This document shows positions 12,607 to 26,700 of a stretch of DNA of 64,000 nt, in pieces. A model generated the notes under the pieces. The model was not told the origin of the DNA. It was given only the letters and a program-made list of their open reading frames with translations, and ran no database searches. A program made the position numbers and the translations under genes. How positions within the stretch are numbered: position 1 is the first letter of the stretch; the number at the start of each line of letters is the position of its first letter. The stretch comes from Phoronis australis (lineage: Eukaryota; Animalia; Phoronida), in contig NMRA01000050.1 of assembly GCA_002633005.1 (NCBI GenBank), positions 1,155,841-1,219,840 on the forward strand, in the 5' to 3' direction.

Positions 12607-15600
12607 CTTTCTGTGATTAGTCTGAAATGTTGTCTTGCTATCTGCATGTTTCTGTGGTAACTGTTAGGCCTTCGTGCCGAAGAAAGGTAGGGAAACCTTG
12701 AAAACACTTCGCGATCCAACATTTCGCAAAGTACATTTAACAGCAGGGCGTCGTATCTTTTAAAAACATTGCCAATGCTTAGTCGAAGGCTTTCTACGCG
12801 ATATTTCTCGCCTCGGGTTTTTCATTAGAGCTTTCATTATGTGTTATGTATTCGATTTAAGATAAAGAGTAGCATTAGTTATAGAAAAATGACGATTAAA
12901 AGACGATGGCTCGAGTTACAGAAAGTCACGTAGTTTTCACCATTTTTGATAACAGATTTAATACATTAAATTTGGTGAATGATAAAGAATGCACTTGGCT
13001 AAATTTTATTTTCAAATACGGCAGTTCTACTTAAATGCATGGTCACGTCACCACGGAATGTCACAGTGTTGTCAATGATTTGAATATATTCGCCTTCACT
13101 CGTGGCTCCAGAAAATATATACTTTTATGCATTGACAGCTGCTAGTTACATAGATATTTAGAGTGAAAGATCATACGGTATATCAGTCTGTGATCAAGGT
13201 ATCCTTAAAGACCACTGCCGCACCGGTGTAGCTGTTATTGGTTGCGTTAATGTTTTTGGATATGTATCATCAACTGAAAAATGCCGCATCAGTTTTCAAG
13301 AAAATAACGTAGATGAACCAAGCAGTTCTAATTCATTGCGTTAGACTGGTACGTACATGACCATTGAAAGCCATATTTGACAATTTTAAGCCCAACCAAT
13401 TCCCTCCCCTCTCATTCCGAGGGCCCACCCTACTAATACAGAGAGCTACGCACATGGAATGTTAATAAGTTCAGGTCATATCTCACGCATGTGGTAAAAC
13501 GAGCCGTGAGGATTTACCTCGTGAGGTGAGGCGAATGTCTCTCTTGTTGCATTCCTTTTACATGACGTGCATGAATCTTCACAGCACGCAGCCGAGTTAA
13601 ACTATTAGTGCTTAGTCCCAACGAACTTCCGGGTGTACAAAACTATCGAGTCCCTCATTTGGGACCCCACTCCGAGATTGACTGTTTAAGAGAAAATGGA
13701 TGCACATGTAAAGTAAAACCGGAAAAGAGGGCCCCTAAACATGAGGGGACATGGGATATTGAAAACACGACATTGGCAACCATGGTGGCTCTCTGGTCCA
13801 GAGCTGTAGTGGTAAAATTTGAGGTAAGTAGGCGTTCAACGCCCACCAGTGGGTATTTACTTAGAGTCTGCAGTGGCGACCCTCGGATGTCCCAGAAAGG
13901 GGCCCAACCACACATATATCAAGGCATTCCAAGCGGTCACTGAAGTGGGGGGTCAAACACAAGTTTAAAGGAAAAGAGGTGCGTCACGCCCAGAAACGAT
14001 ATAATGGCGCTGTTTTTTTAGTCACCCGTGGGGTGTATCCTCGGGCCCTTTATCCGCCTATGGTGTGACACCATAATTGTTACATTACCTGGAAATAATA
14101 ATCTAAAATTTCATTACTCGGCGAACATATGTCACTCCATACGCTTCAAAGACTAATTACAGAAACACGAGGCTACACAACCCTAGTGTTTTCAAGAGCT
14201 GAATACCATGCACAATGTGCATACGTTGCATGCACTCATATTCGATGCAGAAACTATAAGTAGGGTTTTCATGGAAACAGCTGTTCTTATTTTTTTCATT
14301 TAATTTGAAAATTAGTGAAACACCAGGTGCTAGAGACCGCGCCGGAATATTCGGCAACTATGCTGTCGTCAACGTAGCAGTGCTGCGATACCGTAAGCTA
14401 TTGCATTAAGACTACAGTGTATGTACGCCCCACTACACAGTCAGTTACTGTGCGTAGGCGCTACGTTAAGATGTAGAAAGATGGTTGGCTGCGCCTACGT
14501 GCGCCTACGCCCTACTACAGCACTGCTCTGGTCACATTGGGTTACAATATTATGGAATGATATATTGAAAAATAAAGGAAAAAAGCAACAATTATTCCAC
14601 GTTGTCAGTGAATTCTGATTAATGTATATAGGAGAACATTTCTTGGGTACTTCTACCTGGCAACTCACATTTTCATGTATGCCTGTTATTTTCAATTCAG
14701 GAGTGTTGAAAACTGATGTCTGTTGTATGATAAGTGCCTTTTAAGTATTAAAATACCTCCACTCCACAATTACTTTTAGACATTTGGCATGATACTCCAA
14801 CTTCACAGTTAGAAAATAAAGATTTATTCACTTAATTATGAGCACAACCCCGCCTGAAAATAACATGTACAAATTTTCTCAGTTAGTAACAGAAAAGTGC
14901 ATACTATCATATTCTTTTTAAAGTGAGTTTCAATTATTTTTACAAACAGTCATGTGGAGCGTAAGACAAAATTTCTGCTAATAGGTCGTCAGTTGTTTCC
15001 AAGAAACAGGCCCATTAACTAGAAATACCTGCCAGAAAATAAAAAAGGTAAATAAAAACGTTCTGCCTCTTTTGGTCGCTTATTAATTTATTAAAAATGA
15101 AGTTTTTAGGGACTGACTTGGCTCGCATGTTAAGTAGCATCAGGGTATCACAGACTGAAATGGTAGATGTAGATTTTATATTTACCACTAGTGCCTCAGT
15201 GCGAAATCCACGTCTTGTCTATTTTCAAGTACCGTTAAAACCTTTTAGTCCAAGTTAACAAAGTTGATGATCACAAATCTGATCATGAAAAGGAAGACAG
15301 TAAACTACCCTCCACAGCTTGATCGGGGACGGCACAGTGTAAATCTTCTTGATCTCTCTTATTCGTGCGTCTTCCTTTCACCAAAGCTGGGATTCCATTT
15401 TATCCCGCCCCCGGGTGATAAGCCCATGGTTGTTGCCACCACGGCATCGGCCCCGATTCCTGCAAATTGTATTGGTCCTTAACTCCCCTCCTGCATCATA
15501 AGGCCTACAAACGGTTACAACGGAGACAATTTCGTGACGTAAAACATCACAATTCCATAACTTGACTAAAAACCTGACACATGCATCCGATTCAAAGGTG

Positions 15601-17551
15601 CTACAATTTCGCCTTCTGACAAAATATAATTTTTATTATCAACAACTCCAATGTAACACTGATACTACAACTATTGATGGGTTTTGAAAACACACCATTC
15701 ATCGCGTGACCATCTATACAGGAAACTGCTACTTGTGAAAAAATTACAATAAGATACCAACGGCACTAAATTTATTTTTCCGTCTAAATCACCTTGCATT
15801 CATGATTTGCGTCTATATTATTTAAATCTTTAATATCACTGTGTAGCTTGAGGCAGTTTTCATCATGCTGGGTTTTCACGCGAGCAGATCCACCTGGTGG
15901 CAGTTTCAAGCGTGAGTTAACATGATTCAACACAACCGCGAAGTTTGATGGTGCTATTGTAGAATTACCGCAGATAAAGTGTCAGCTCCATAGTATAGAA
16001 GGTGAGCAAGGGAGTCGCAAAACACAATCGGTCGCAACAGCCTTGAGGGAACAGGAACAACGCCGGTCAGGGTTCTTGGTGAAATCTCACTGCCGATATA
16101 TATTTACATCACTGGAACTTCGCGGGCCCGATATTGAAGCATGTTACTGCAGTGTCCCAGCGATTAACGTGTTGACCCTACCTAAAACCAATGCATTAGT
16201 CAAGATTGCCATGACCACCAATGTGGAATTAAGCGTTTTGGGAACACGAAACCTACAGAACGCATTTTATTGTGAAAGTTCAATTGTAAAAATTCTGACG
16301 TTGGCTTAGTTAAAGGTGAACGAGTTGCATGGAAAATAAAAGCAAACAATAGCGGAGCCTGGAAGTATTGAACTGAGCAATCGCAGTCTTCTGATGACGG
16401 CTGTACGGAGAGCTTCGAGCTCTTAAGAGCAGCATGCCGTGGGGTGTTCGTTTCATTCTGTTTTGGAGGCCCTCCCTTCCTCAGCCTGCTGTTTATATTA
16501 ATGAAGATGTGAATGGCGAAGTGCTAATGGAAATCCAGCACTTTTAATCACCTCTTTATACTGTTAAATCTACGTAGCTGCGAGTAAAAGAGTGAATGTT
16601 GTCCAGTATCCTTTACATCGGGTTGTTTCCATTGAAGTGTTCGTTCTGGTTTACAAATAATGCATCGAGATGTATGCTTGATATGCTTTGGGTATTTACA
16701 TAACTGCTGAAGTGAACAATCAATATACGCGAGAAAATGCATGTGCATCATTCGTTGATCTTGGGTGTTGCGGTGTCCTGACTCCTGATCCCCTCTTCTA
16801 AAACATTTGCATCGCTGTAGATACATGTATGGGAATGATTGAGGTCAGCTCCCTGACTATCCATTGTCATACGTCCTTATGCGTGCTCTTGAGACTGTTT
16901 GTATTTTGCGTCTATGTACGCTAGTGCGTGTGCATTTGTGGGTGTATGACTACGTGTGAGTAACCAGTACATACCGACTCATGTATGCGTGTGTATACTT
17001 ATATGCGTGTGAATTTGTTTGTTGCGGTATGTTTTAAGCATCAATCTAGCCTTACTGCTGCCACAGATTGACGGTTAAGCTTATTGACTTACTGTCACGT
17101 GCTGTCACGAGAATCCTAATATGAAGTTAAATCCAATGCAACTGCTTTCAGACTTTCGGTTTTCGTTTATTTTTTGTTCTTGCGATGACGCAATATGGAG
17201 CGGAAGGGCGATGCCACGTATGATTTTACAACTCTACGTTTGTGTATTTAAAATTTTGCAACGTATTAATGTGACTATCTGGGTTGCCCAGTATATCTAA
17301 ATAATAAAAATCCTTCCACGGATGTCTTTAAACGTCAACGTGATGTGAGCTACTGCTTAGACCAGTTCCGAACCTCAAGATACTCGCGAGTGAAAACAAG
17401 CGAAAGCACGTGATTCACAGGGAATGTAAGGCAGTGTCTCGCGAACACTTGCATGATCGTACAAACGCTTGCGTAACCTTGATAAACTTCCACCGGCCGT
17501 TCAGAACGCAGCCCAGACTTTCCGTCACGTGTTCGCCAGTAAGTCACAGAA

Positions 17552-17728
17552 TCACAGTAGAGAGAGAGAGAAAACGATAAAAATCAGTGCTGATGACGCA
17601 ACGCTGCTTGCTGAGTTGAGCAATGACTCGTCTCCCGTGAATAAATCCCGTCTGTTGAGCGGCAGTGGGGGGCGGAAATTGTTCTTCATGTTGTCGGCTA
17701 ATTTGACATTGTTGCGAAACAGAGACAT
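17552..17728 (-). CDS. Carbonic anhydrase exon 6 (last; GPI-signal-like tail)
   Basis: gtttcag|MSLFRNNVKLADNMKNNFRPPLPLNRRDLFTGDESLLNSASSVASSALIFIVFSLSLL-stop. Confidence 0.92.
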   Translation of the reverse strand: MSLFRNNVKLADNMKNNFRPPLPLNRRDLFTGDESLLNSASSVASSALIFIVFSLSLL

Positions 17729-20700
17729 CTGAAACAACAGGCGTGCGTTCAGTAGACGCTAGGACCTACGCTAGGACCTAGCCAAAAGCTAGTCAACGTC
17801 ACGTGCTCTTTTTTAAAATACACGGCAATATCTCGCGTAATCTCGCAAAGTCTTGCTTTTAAGCTAGGTCCTAGCGTTACTGAACGGGAGGCAGGTATCA
17901 CCAAGTGTTCGCTACGTAGTAACTGTATTCCACTCAGCCCTTCAGTCACACACTCATTTTGACATTTTCTAAATTTAAAGTTAATACGATAATCCTGCCT
18001 GTCTCCATGTAAAATATTTCGAACATGTCCTGTTGAAAATAAGTAAAAAATGAGCATTTTACACGCTTATACATGTACGTCAACAATTGTTGCAAGCTAA
18101 ATTCAAAAGAAAAACTATAGTGAATTAAGAAAGACATCGTTCTCTCATATTTCCCTCAGTTCCCAAAGTCTAAAGCGGCAAGGACGCTAGGGGCGAACGA
18201 AGGCTTGATAACACCATTTTAAAACTCACCTGTTTTGATCCTATGGGAATGGGTTTGCTAAACACAGTCCACGTGATCACTTGGGAACATGGTGGAGTTG
18301 TTAGGCTTCCTTCGTAGCGGAAGTAACTGCCAAGATCTTCTTCTGGTAACATGAGGTCTTTCAGTTTGAAATTGCGAACTGTTCTAATGTCTCCTGGAAG
18401 TATATAAAGTCACGCAAATAGCCATGGCTTTGGACAACAATGTAAAAAATGACATATGATTTCCTGGTGGTTAATGGTTCAAATTAAAAAGAATGACTAA
18501 ATTGATGATGACGGCAATGACGATGATGATGACGATGACGATGCAGGAGTCAATTATGATGGTGACTTTGATGGCAATGGCGATAACAATGACGATACCG
18601 AAGTCGAGGGTGACGGTGACGACAGCAAGGGAGTGGCGACAGCGACAATGACGATGTAGTTGTCAATGATGATTTCGATGTTGTTGGCGATGGCGAGAAC
18701 TGGAAATTACGAAGATGAGGGAAATGGTGACAATAACAAGGCGACAGTGACGGTGACAATGATGATAAGAACAACCGCGGCAAAAGAACTTTTACTTACA
18801 GGGGTACTATCGCTTACAACGATTGTCCTAATGTCCACGTCCTCAAATAGAAATACTGGGACTTTGTGCGCGGATGGGGACCGTAGGCCTTAGGTAGTTA
18901 TTACTTTACTGAAATTTGTTTTGTTTATTCATCTAATTGTACATAGTAACTAATCTATAACTGATTTGTTTATTTCATTAATCTTTTGATCTGATTGTAC
19001 ATAGCTCACTGTATTTTCATGTAATTATTTCCGACAGGGCCCAGTTGAAAAACAATGTTTTGACTGAAGTGGTGGCCCAGTCTTTTTCGAGGACAAAGAT
19101 TTAGAAGAGTCAGTTCTATAAACCCAAAGTCGGTTTTCGGCTTGAAGTCAAAATTCAATATTCGTTTTTGTCATAGGAGAGCTTTGTAACTACTCTTTTA
19201 GCACCAGTTGTGGATTCGAAAAATAGGTGTGAAAGTCGGTTTAAAAAGGATACCGTGTTCTTGAAGCGCTAACTGGATTTACTAACTGAATCTTGGGTCA
19301 TGAGTAGTACTAGAATCAAAATTGTGATCTGAATGCGTGCATTTATCCCATACGCGTTGAATCAGTCGAGGGAAATACGGCCATGTAATAATGTTTTCCG
19401 TATTCACATCCCGCACAACTTCAACAATGACCTCTGACATGGAAGGTTCAAAAGGTAGGTCAATGTCGACTCGACGTCGTCAGCCGGCTCCATCATCAAA
19501 CTTTCCGAAAATAGTCTAAAGTAATACAGTTGCAGCAGTGTAAATAACACTAAACATGCAACCAGGTCTCAATCGTAACATCTGGAACAGGACTGTTAAT
19601 TATATGACAGTTCTGTCTCAGTTTTTAGTTGCTAAATATTTTATCGTCTGCAACTCAGGCGCCGATTCCTCGGTGACTACAATAACAAATATTGTTGCTG
19701 TTGAACTATTTTCAGATGTTACAAGTTCAATGCACAGTTACCGTTGCTTTCATCTTTGTTATCTCTTTTCAAGTAATAAATCGTTACATTTAAAACGTGT
19801 TTCTCAGAGAAATCTTGCAACCTAACCGTCGGCGCAAGTACATACATATAGGATGTGATCAGCCACGTAAACAGTCTGAGTGAAGTACTTAAAAAATCTG
19901 CCGAAAAATGAAAGAAACTTAGGGATTCGAAGCGTGGGATCAATACAGAATATCCCACGAGACATTATTCTTGTGGGATATTACTTTATGGACGCCACTC
20001 TCGGTTCATTTTTGAGTATGTACATGTGTACATGTACATGTACACATGTACATGTACAGTGTTTGCAAACATAAGTCTGGTCTGCACGCCGCCTGTTGGC
20101 CACTTAAACAAGTGCATACATTACACAGTGTGTATTTCTACCTGGTCACGGCTCACACTCTGTTCTATTAACAAACAGCGTTCAAAAATACCACTTAAAA
20201 ATCCACAATAGCCAATCGTCATGGCTCGAACGACGAAGACCTAATGGCCTAGAATTAAGATTCAAGTTCAGCTCATACTTGTTCACGTCTGCGGCAAAAT
20301 GATCGGTGAGGATTTTCCCTCGCGTAGCGGTAAGACAAATATCTCAGTTGTTGGTTCTGTTTTAAAAACCGGACAATCGCCGCACAAATAAAAAAGTTCA
20401 TGTTCAATTCAACGTTTCGTCTTTTCATTAGTCATCATCGAGATCATATTTACAACAAGTTAGGACAACAAGTGCCAACATACAGCTCTGGTAACATCCA
20501 TAGAGTGAAGTGAGAGATACATAGAATATAGTCAGTAGCTGGTCATCACCATAGCTGCAGGGTCACAGAGCTCTGCATGTTATTCAGAGAATCAGTGGCA
20601 TGCTGGTTCTGAATGGCCAATGACTCTTAAATGTACAGTAACTCCTTATTAGGTTCTCTGCAGATAATACTAACAGAGTTGCCTTGGTGATTGTAGCTAA

Positions 20701-23700
20701 TACAATGCCTATACATGTTACTTTTCTCTGAGGTGTGATGTTCTTTCAGCTTGTCACAGAGGCGTCTCTGTGTGAGTCCTATATAGAATCCCTTACAGTT
20801 GCCACATTCAACCTGTTCTGTTTTACGTGGTCAAAGTACAATAACGCTAGGACCTTACATAAGTAGGACTCCGCTAGAAAAGTAAGACTTCGCGCTATTA
20901 CACGAGATATTTCCGTGTATTTTAAATGAGAACACGTGATTTTGGGTAATTTTTTTAAAACCGGGACTGTGTATATTAAATATGCACAGTATGCAAGCAA
21001 AGTGGTCTAAGGTTCTCGGCCGATTACCTGCGGCAGTCAACGAAATTTTATTATTGGATCAACTGACATCAGCTAACAAATCTATCACTGATTCGATGTA
21101 AGTGTGTTCTGCCTTTGAACTGTTTACTGTGAACCCTTCGAGTTACTGTATGAGTTATAATTCAGTTGAGAACGACGGCTCAGCTCACAGTTTTTCGTTG
21201 CTCATGTGTACCTGCTGGGCTCATTTAGCGTAACCAAATTAATTACTTTCATCTGGCCCAGTCAATAGTACACTCAATGATCACAGAATCTTATTATGTG
21301 ATGGATAACAATGATCAGGTTGTTCGTCATCGTGTTTTTCTCAAAACTCAACATTTTTCACGAAGATCGGCGTATTTTTCGCCAACACGATTTTTTCCCA
21401 CAAAAATTTCAAAGTTTTTTCTTTGTTTTGTTAACTGGCAATGTATTTATTGAAGGAGTTGATGCCCAGAGATCAGATGACAAAAATCAAGACGTTTACC
21501 GCTATTTTGCAAGAAATGTTGACGTTTTAATTTTTGACAGTGGAGCATTTGTTGTGAAAGGCTTAATCCCGAAAAATTCAAGAAAACTGGAGATTTTGGC
21601 TGCAAATAACCTGCTGGAACTAGACCCAGTAGGCGCACACTAGAATACCTTTTTGGAGAGGGGATTTGAGTTCTTCGGTGATGGCTAAATACTTGTCGTT
21701 GTCATCGTTCTTCTCCTCGAAAAAGAATCCTAGAACGGCAAGTCCGTCACTGTGGCTCAGCGATTCTTGCACAGACGAGTATTTGGTGTTGAAGTGGACG
21801 ACGTGAAGCTGGAAATAAGCACTCTCTGTTATGAAACTAGCTGTTATAAATTTCTCGTCCAAAGTTTGTTCTCTGTACAATACCGCCATTTCTCAGAAAA
21901 TGACTCTGGGTAGTTTTGTCCACTTTCGTAATTTCAAAATAAGTCCTTTAGTTGCATATATTTGCATAAAACACGGATTATAATGTCAGTTGCTGTAAAC
22001 TGGTAATTTGGATCTAAACAATAACTGTAATCTCGGGACAATATCTACCATTGTCAGATGTTATACATTTCTAACCTAAACTGTATAACATTTTGCAAGG
22101 GCAGAGGTCTCCACAGTTTTCGAAGGAATTTAAGTAAAAATGGAACGCCGACAGCGTCTTTGGTGGTGTACCCTATAAATCCGCTGGTGTAACACGGGTG
22201 AAATTCATGTTTATGTTATAAGAATAAATTTGACCGTCGTGCTAAATTTAAAATTCAAAATCTTGTTGTTTTTATGTATTTCAACTTTATTTCACAAAAC
22301 ACATACAAATAAAGCTCCATCATACCGGGAAATGTAAGTCCGCGTTAAACGGTGCGAAATATTGACACTGGCATGACTGTTTAAGAAAGTATTGACCCCA
22401 CAGTGTCACAGAAGATAGCTGTTACCACGATGGGGTATGATTTCGAGTCAATGAATGACCACACAGTGTATCAGCAGATAGCTCTTACCTCCATCAGGTA
22501 TGATTTCGAGTCAACCACTGACCACACAGTGTCTCAGAAGATAGATCTTACCTCCATCGGGTATGATTTAGAGTCAACCAGGTGCTCAGACCCCTTCATT
22601 TTGTCGGTGCCCCAGTGGAAATGAAAGGCAGCAGCTCTGTATGTGCCCTTTACCGTCGGAAGGGACATTTCTATGCCGTCAGGGAGACCCACTGAGACTG
22701 AAATAAATACCAGGTTATGATCGGCGTATCCAGAGCAAGCATACTGTATGTGTGTCGCAAACTCGTTACCAGAGATGAAAAGAACACCCGAGTTGGCGAA
22801 AAAGGTTCATTTATTATCACTAAACACGATACAAGGAATATGATAGAAAATTCAATATCATAAGTAAAAATGATGATCTCTGTGAACTGCTTCATGAAAA
22901 TGTCTTAAGAGTCTTACGCTGCACATTTTTATTCCTAAAAATTAATCGAAACTCACTTTAGAGAAGAATAACGTATCGGAGAATATACCCATAACAGTTT
23001 CTTAATGAGGACACCTGTACAAGATATCTTCAGACAGTGATGTGCTCACAATTACATGGCTAAGCATTTATTTGAAAATTGTGAAGTGAGTGCATAAGAG
23101 CTAATTCCTGTCTTTAGGAATGGAACAGATCCCAGGTAAGATGGACCAATAAAATAACGCCACACGAAAAGTTGTATGGCAGCTTCATTTCACACTGTCT
23201 GGATGAAGTGCCTGAATGTTGAGTCAAGACAATCCTGTTCGAGCCAATAGGGCTGGTTTAGCGTGACGTCATTTCGACGCTTTGAACCAAGCCTATTTAA
23301 AAAAGATCAAAAATTAAAAAAAATATATTTGGAGCAGAGTTTACGCAGAGGTTTACATTACCAAGGTCATTGATTATTGCGGGTTACTCAGAGCTGGTCA
23401 ATTTTTTACCTTAATTTTGTGGCCTTAGATGTAGTTGGCGCTCACCAACTAATCCACACTCATAACTTTGCAAAATTTCCAAGTGCTTAAATTCCCCCCT
23501 CCAGAGGTTTCCCGAATGTGAAAATATTCGAGACTTGTGGACTTTTTGACGATATGATTCAACTGTGCATGTATTTCACTTTGCGGGACCAAACTACGTC
23601 ATAATAGTGCCTCACATACATGTAGCGACACGTTACCACTAAACATCCGGAAACGTTATGCCTGAAGCCGCGGTAGCTCCTACAAATAAAATAAAAACTG

Positions 23701-26700
23701 AATAAAATGGGGTGGGTCAGGTTTGATGATCATTGTGAGTAGTAAAATTTAAGTCACTGGCATTAAACGTATTCATTTGTTTTGAGGGAATAAGTCTCTG
23801 CTCTGCCCTACTCATTTTCGGTGGGAAATTTTGGCACGAATACAGGTAGCCCTCACAAAAATGGGAATTGGCAAAAATCTTATCACTAATGACATATTTC
23901 AAACAAAATTTCTGGAAACCGGAAGATTTTGGATTCTTGTTGCCTCTCTCCTATCAGGACAGTCGTGAATTTGTGATTTTATGGAGAAGTGACAAAATCG
24001 CAAGTTTTTGGTCATTGTCGTCTTATTTCTCCGGCAGAAGTAGGAAGGCAAAATGAGATTCTCCATCGCTGCACATTTTCATGCGAGGACTAAGAAATAA
24101 ACGGGGTATTAGGTTCAGTCCTATGAATTGTACATTCGCACGGTATTCCTGTGGACTTTTGTCTCGTTTTCTCGGACTTTTTGTTTCTCTGAGGCGCACT
24201 TTTTTGCCCACTTCGTCAAATGGGGGCTCATTCGAGCCGCTCCCCCCCCCGGGTACGCGCATGTTGTACTGTAATTCATGTGACGTGAGACAGGGTGAAA
24301 ACAAGGGATTTAACTTACCCCGAACCAGTGATAATGTAGCAATCGGTTATTCAAAATGTGACCTTTGCCCTTGGTGTTGATTTTACTTCAAAGTATGGCC
24401 CAGTGGCTGTGATCGCTAAATGTACTGGCTGTTGGACTCTTGGAGTAATCAATCATATCAAGCGGTATCGAAAAGTTTATACAAAGTGCGACAAACAAGG
24501 AGTTGATTATTTTACTTGGTCTACATGGTCACGCTCCTGTGTCGTACTTTTAGACATGTGGGCCTACAGTTCAGACACAAACCAGGAGATTTCGTGGCAC
24601 GTTTTCATTGGTTCTAATGCCCAATGTCATCAGCGAAGGATTTCCTTAAAGCATTGTTTAAAGCCTTCCCAGAACAGAGTTTGGTTACTCTAGATTTGAT
24701 GAGCTAAATCCAGCCTCCCGTTCAGTAACGCTAGGACCTCGCTAAAAAGCAAGACTTCGCGAGATTACGTGAGATATTGTCGTGCATTGTAAATAAGAAC
24801 AAGTGACTTTGACTAGGTTTTAGCTAGGTCCTAGCGTAGGTCCTAGCACTGAACGCACGCCAGGTTGGGCTGATAGTCCCAACAATACTTCAGTTGCATT
24901 GTATTCGGATGTTTAGTGATCGAAGCGGTGACGTAGACGAAACACAAACAATAAGCCTAGTCATCCATTATAATACAATTGGCACATTTATGGCATCAGT
25001 GTGATTTGGGTATTGCTTACAACATATCCGGGACATAACTCCCCTTGTTTTTCGTTAAAGATAGGCTTTAACAACTCCTTGAATAGTCTTTTAAAGAGAA
25101 CGCGATGAGTATAAGAGGAGTTATTAAATCTTTGTATAGATTTAGCAAATCATGGACTGTCCAATAAATCAATGTAGTAGGCGCATCATGGTTATACTGG
25201 ACCGAGTACCTCACTCCGTGTTTACCTGAATGTCCATTGTTGGTCAAATTCGTGATAATGTTGACGTCATATCCTTTTAGAAGCTTTGGCTTTGTCAGAG
25301 CAGGTTCAAATTCGACGTCACTGGTCTTGATGTTGATTGGCGATTGTGCATTCTTCATACAATCCCCCTTCCAATGAGACGGACCGTTGTCCCCAGCGTA
25401 CGACCAGTCTGGAAAATAGAGTCGATTTTCTTTTAGTTATAGTTATTTGCGGGCCGTTTAATGCACCATTTTTCACAGCGCCATCTGTGAAGGAGAGGGG
25501 TCCTGTGAAAAAGTCTGACATTCAAAAATTAGTGTGTGAACGTCTGTGCTCGTGCCTCGGTATGGACGTTTGCAGGAGGTACGTGAATGGGCTGAAAAGT
25601 AGTCTGGATGGTACTGTCGTTTAATCAAACCCCTTGTAATCTCGAGTGTGTCACAAATGACGATTTTTTTCGAATATATCGATTTAATCTTCTATTACTG
25701 CAGCTGCCACAAGCCACTCCAGCTCCCCTGAATAGATGGACAGTGCATGCATGCATTTCACAACACCAACCAATGGGAATGTCTGAATGTTACTTTCCAA
25801 CGTATCAGAGTGTCCTATTGTTACGTTGTTTCGTTATAGCAACGAGGAAGCCGTATTACATAATGTTGAGTTTTTGTCGCAATTGGCCGAAATTCCGTGA
25901 AGAAGGCACCGTTTGACAGTACAACTTGTGAAGTCTAACAGCCTCTCAACGACGCATACATTCCCACTTTTTCCACTTTTGGAGGTATGTCTAGTTTTCC
26001 TACTTTTTCTTGCCTTTTCATAAAAATTCTAATTTTCAACTACTTTTTGCTCATTTGTCGGTAGTCGAATTTCTAGAATTAAATGATGACGCAACTAGTT
26101 GTTACAAAAAATGGATTTGAGGAAGACATCTAGTAGCACTCACACAGTGTTTGTATATCGCAAGACAAAGTCAATGATTTTGGCATTGACGACTATGAGT
26201 GACCCCTGTTGACTATCTCACGAGAGGTTGATTGTAGAATAAAATCTCTCACTAAATTGATGATTGAATTTACGAGTTTATAATAGTCCCGGAACACAAG
26301 CTTTCAAGCAACAAGTGCTGTCCTCATTGCGATTAGCATTTAAATACTAATAATAATAATACGCTGCAGTCGCTTTAGAGGTTTCCCCTTTTTCAGTTTT
26401 TTTTTGCACTTTTTCTTAGTTTTCAAAAACCAATCCTTAAAGGAGAATGCCACCCGATTTAATTAGTCTTTTTTGCCGTCATAATCGGTCTATATCCACA
26501 ACGCCTGGCATACGGTCGACCTTACCTTGCCAAGAGGTGTCGCGTTAACCTGTGAGAAAGGTGAAAAACGACGCTAGCGACGTCAGTGGTTCATATGCAG
26601 AGTGAATGCTGGTATGTTGCGGTGCATCGTTCCCGCTTGTCCGAACTAAGCAGCTGCCAGGAAAGTGGATATATCGTATTTTTACTTTCTCGAGAGTCCG

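Noticed and set aside
16388-16442. ATGA-initiated hairpin (ACGGC...AGAGCT-TCG-AGCTCT...GCCGT) considered as a SECIS or hammerhead
   Set aside because: Lacks the SECIS apical AA and 3' GA and the hammerhead GAAA; no in-frame UGA in either neighbouring gene
12606-17552. Functional linkage (e.g. biomineralisation) between the two convergent genes
   Set aside because: Adjacency alone is not evidence in a eukaryote; no shared regulatory signal visible
20993-21040. tRNA A-box-like GCAAAGTGGTCTAAGG
   Set aside because: No acceptor stem or T-arm; cannot form a cloverleaf
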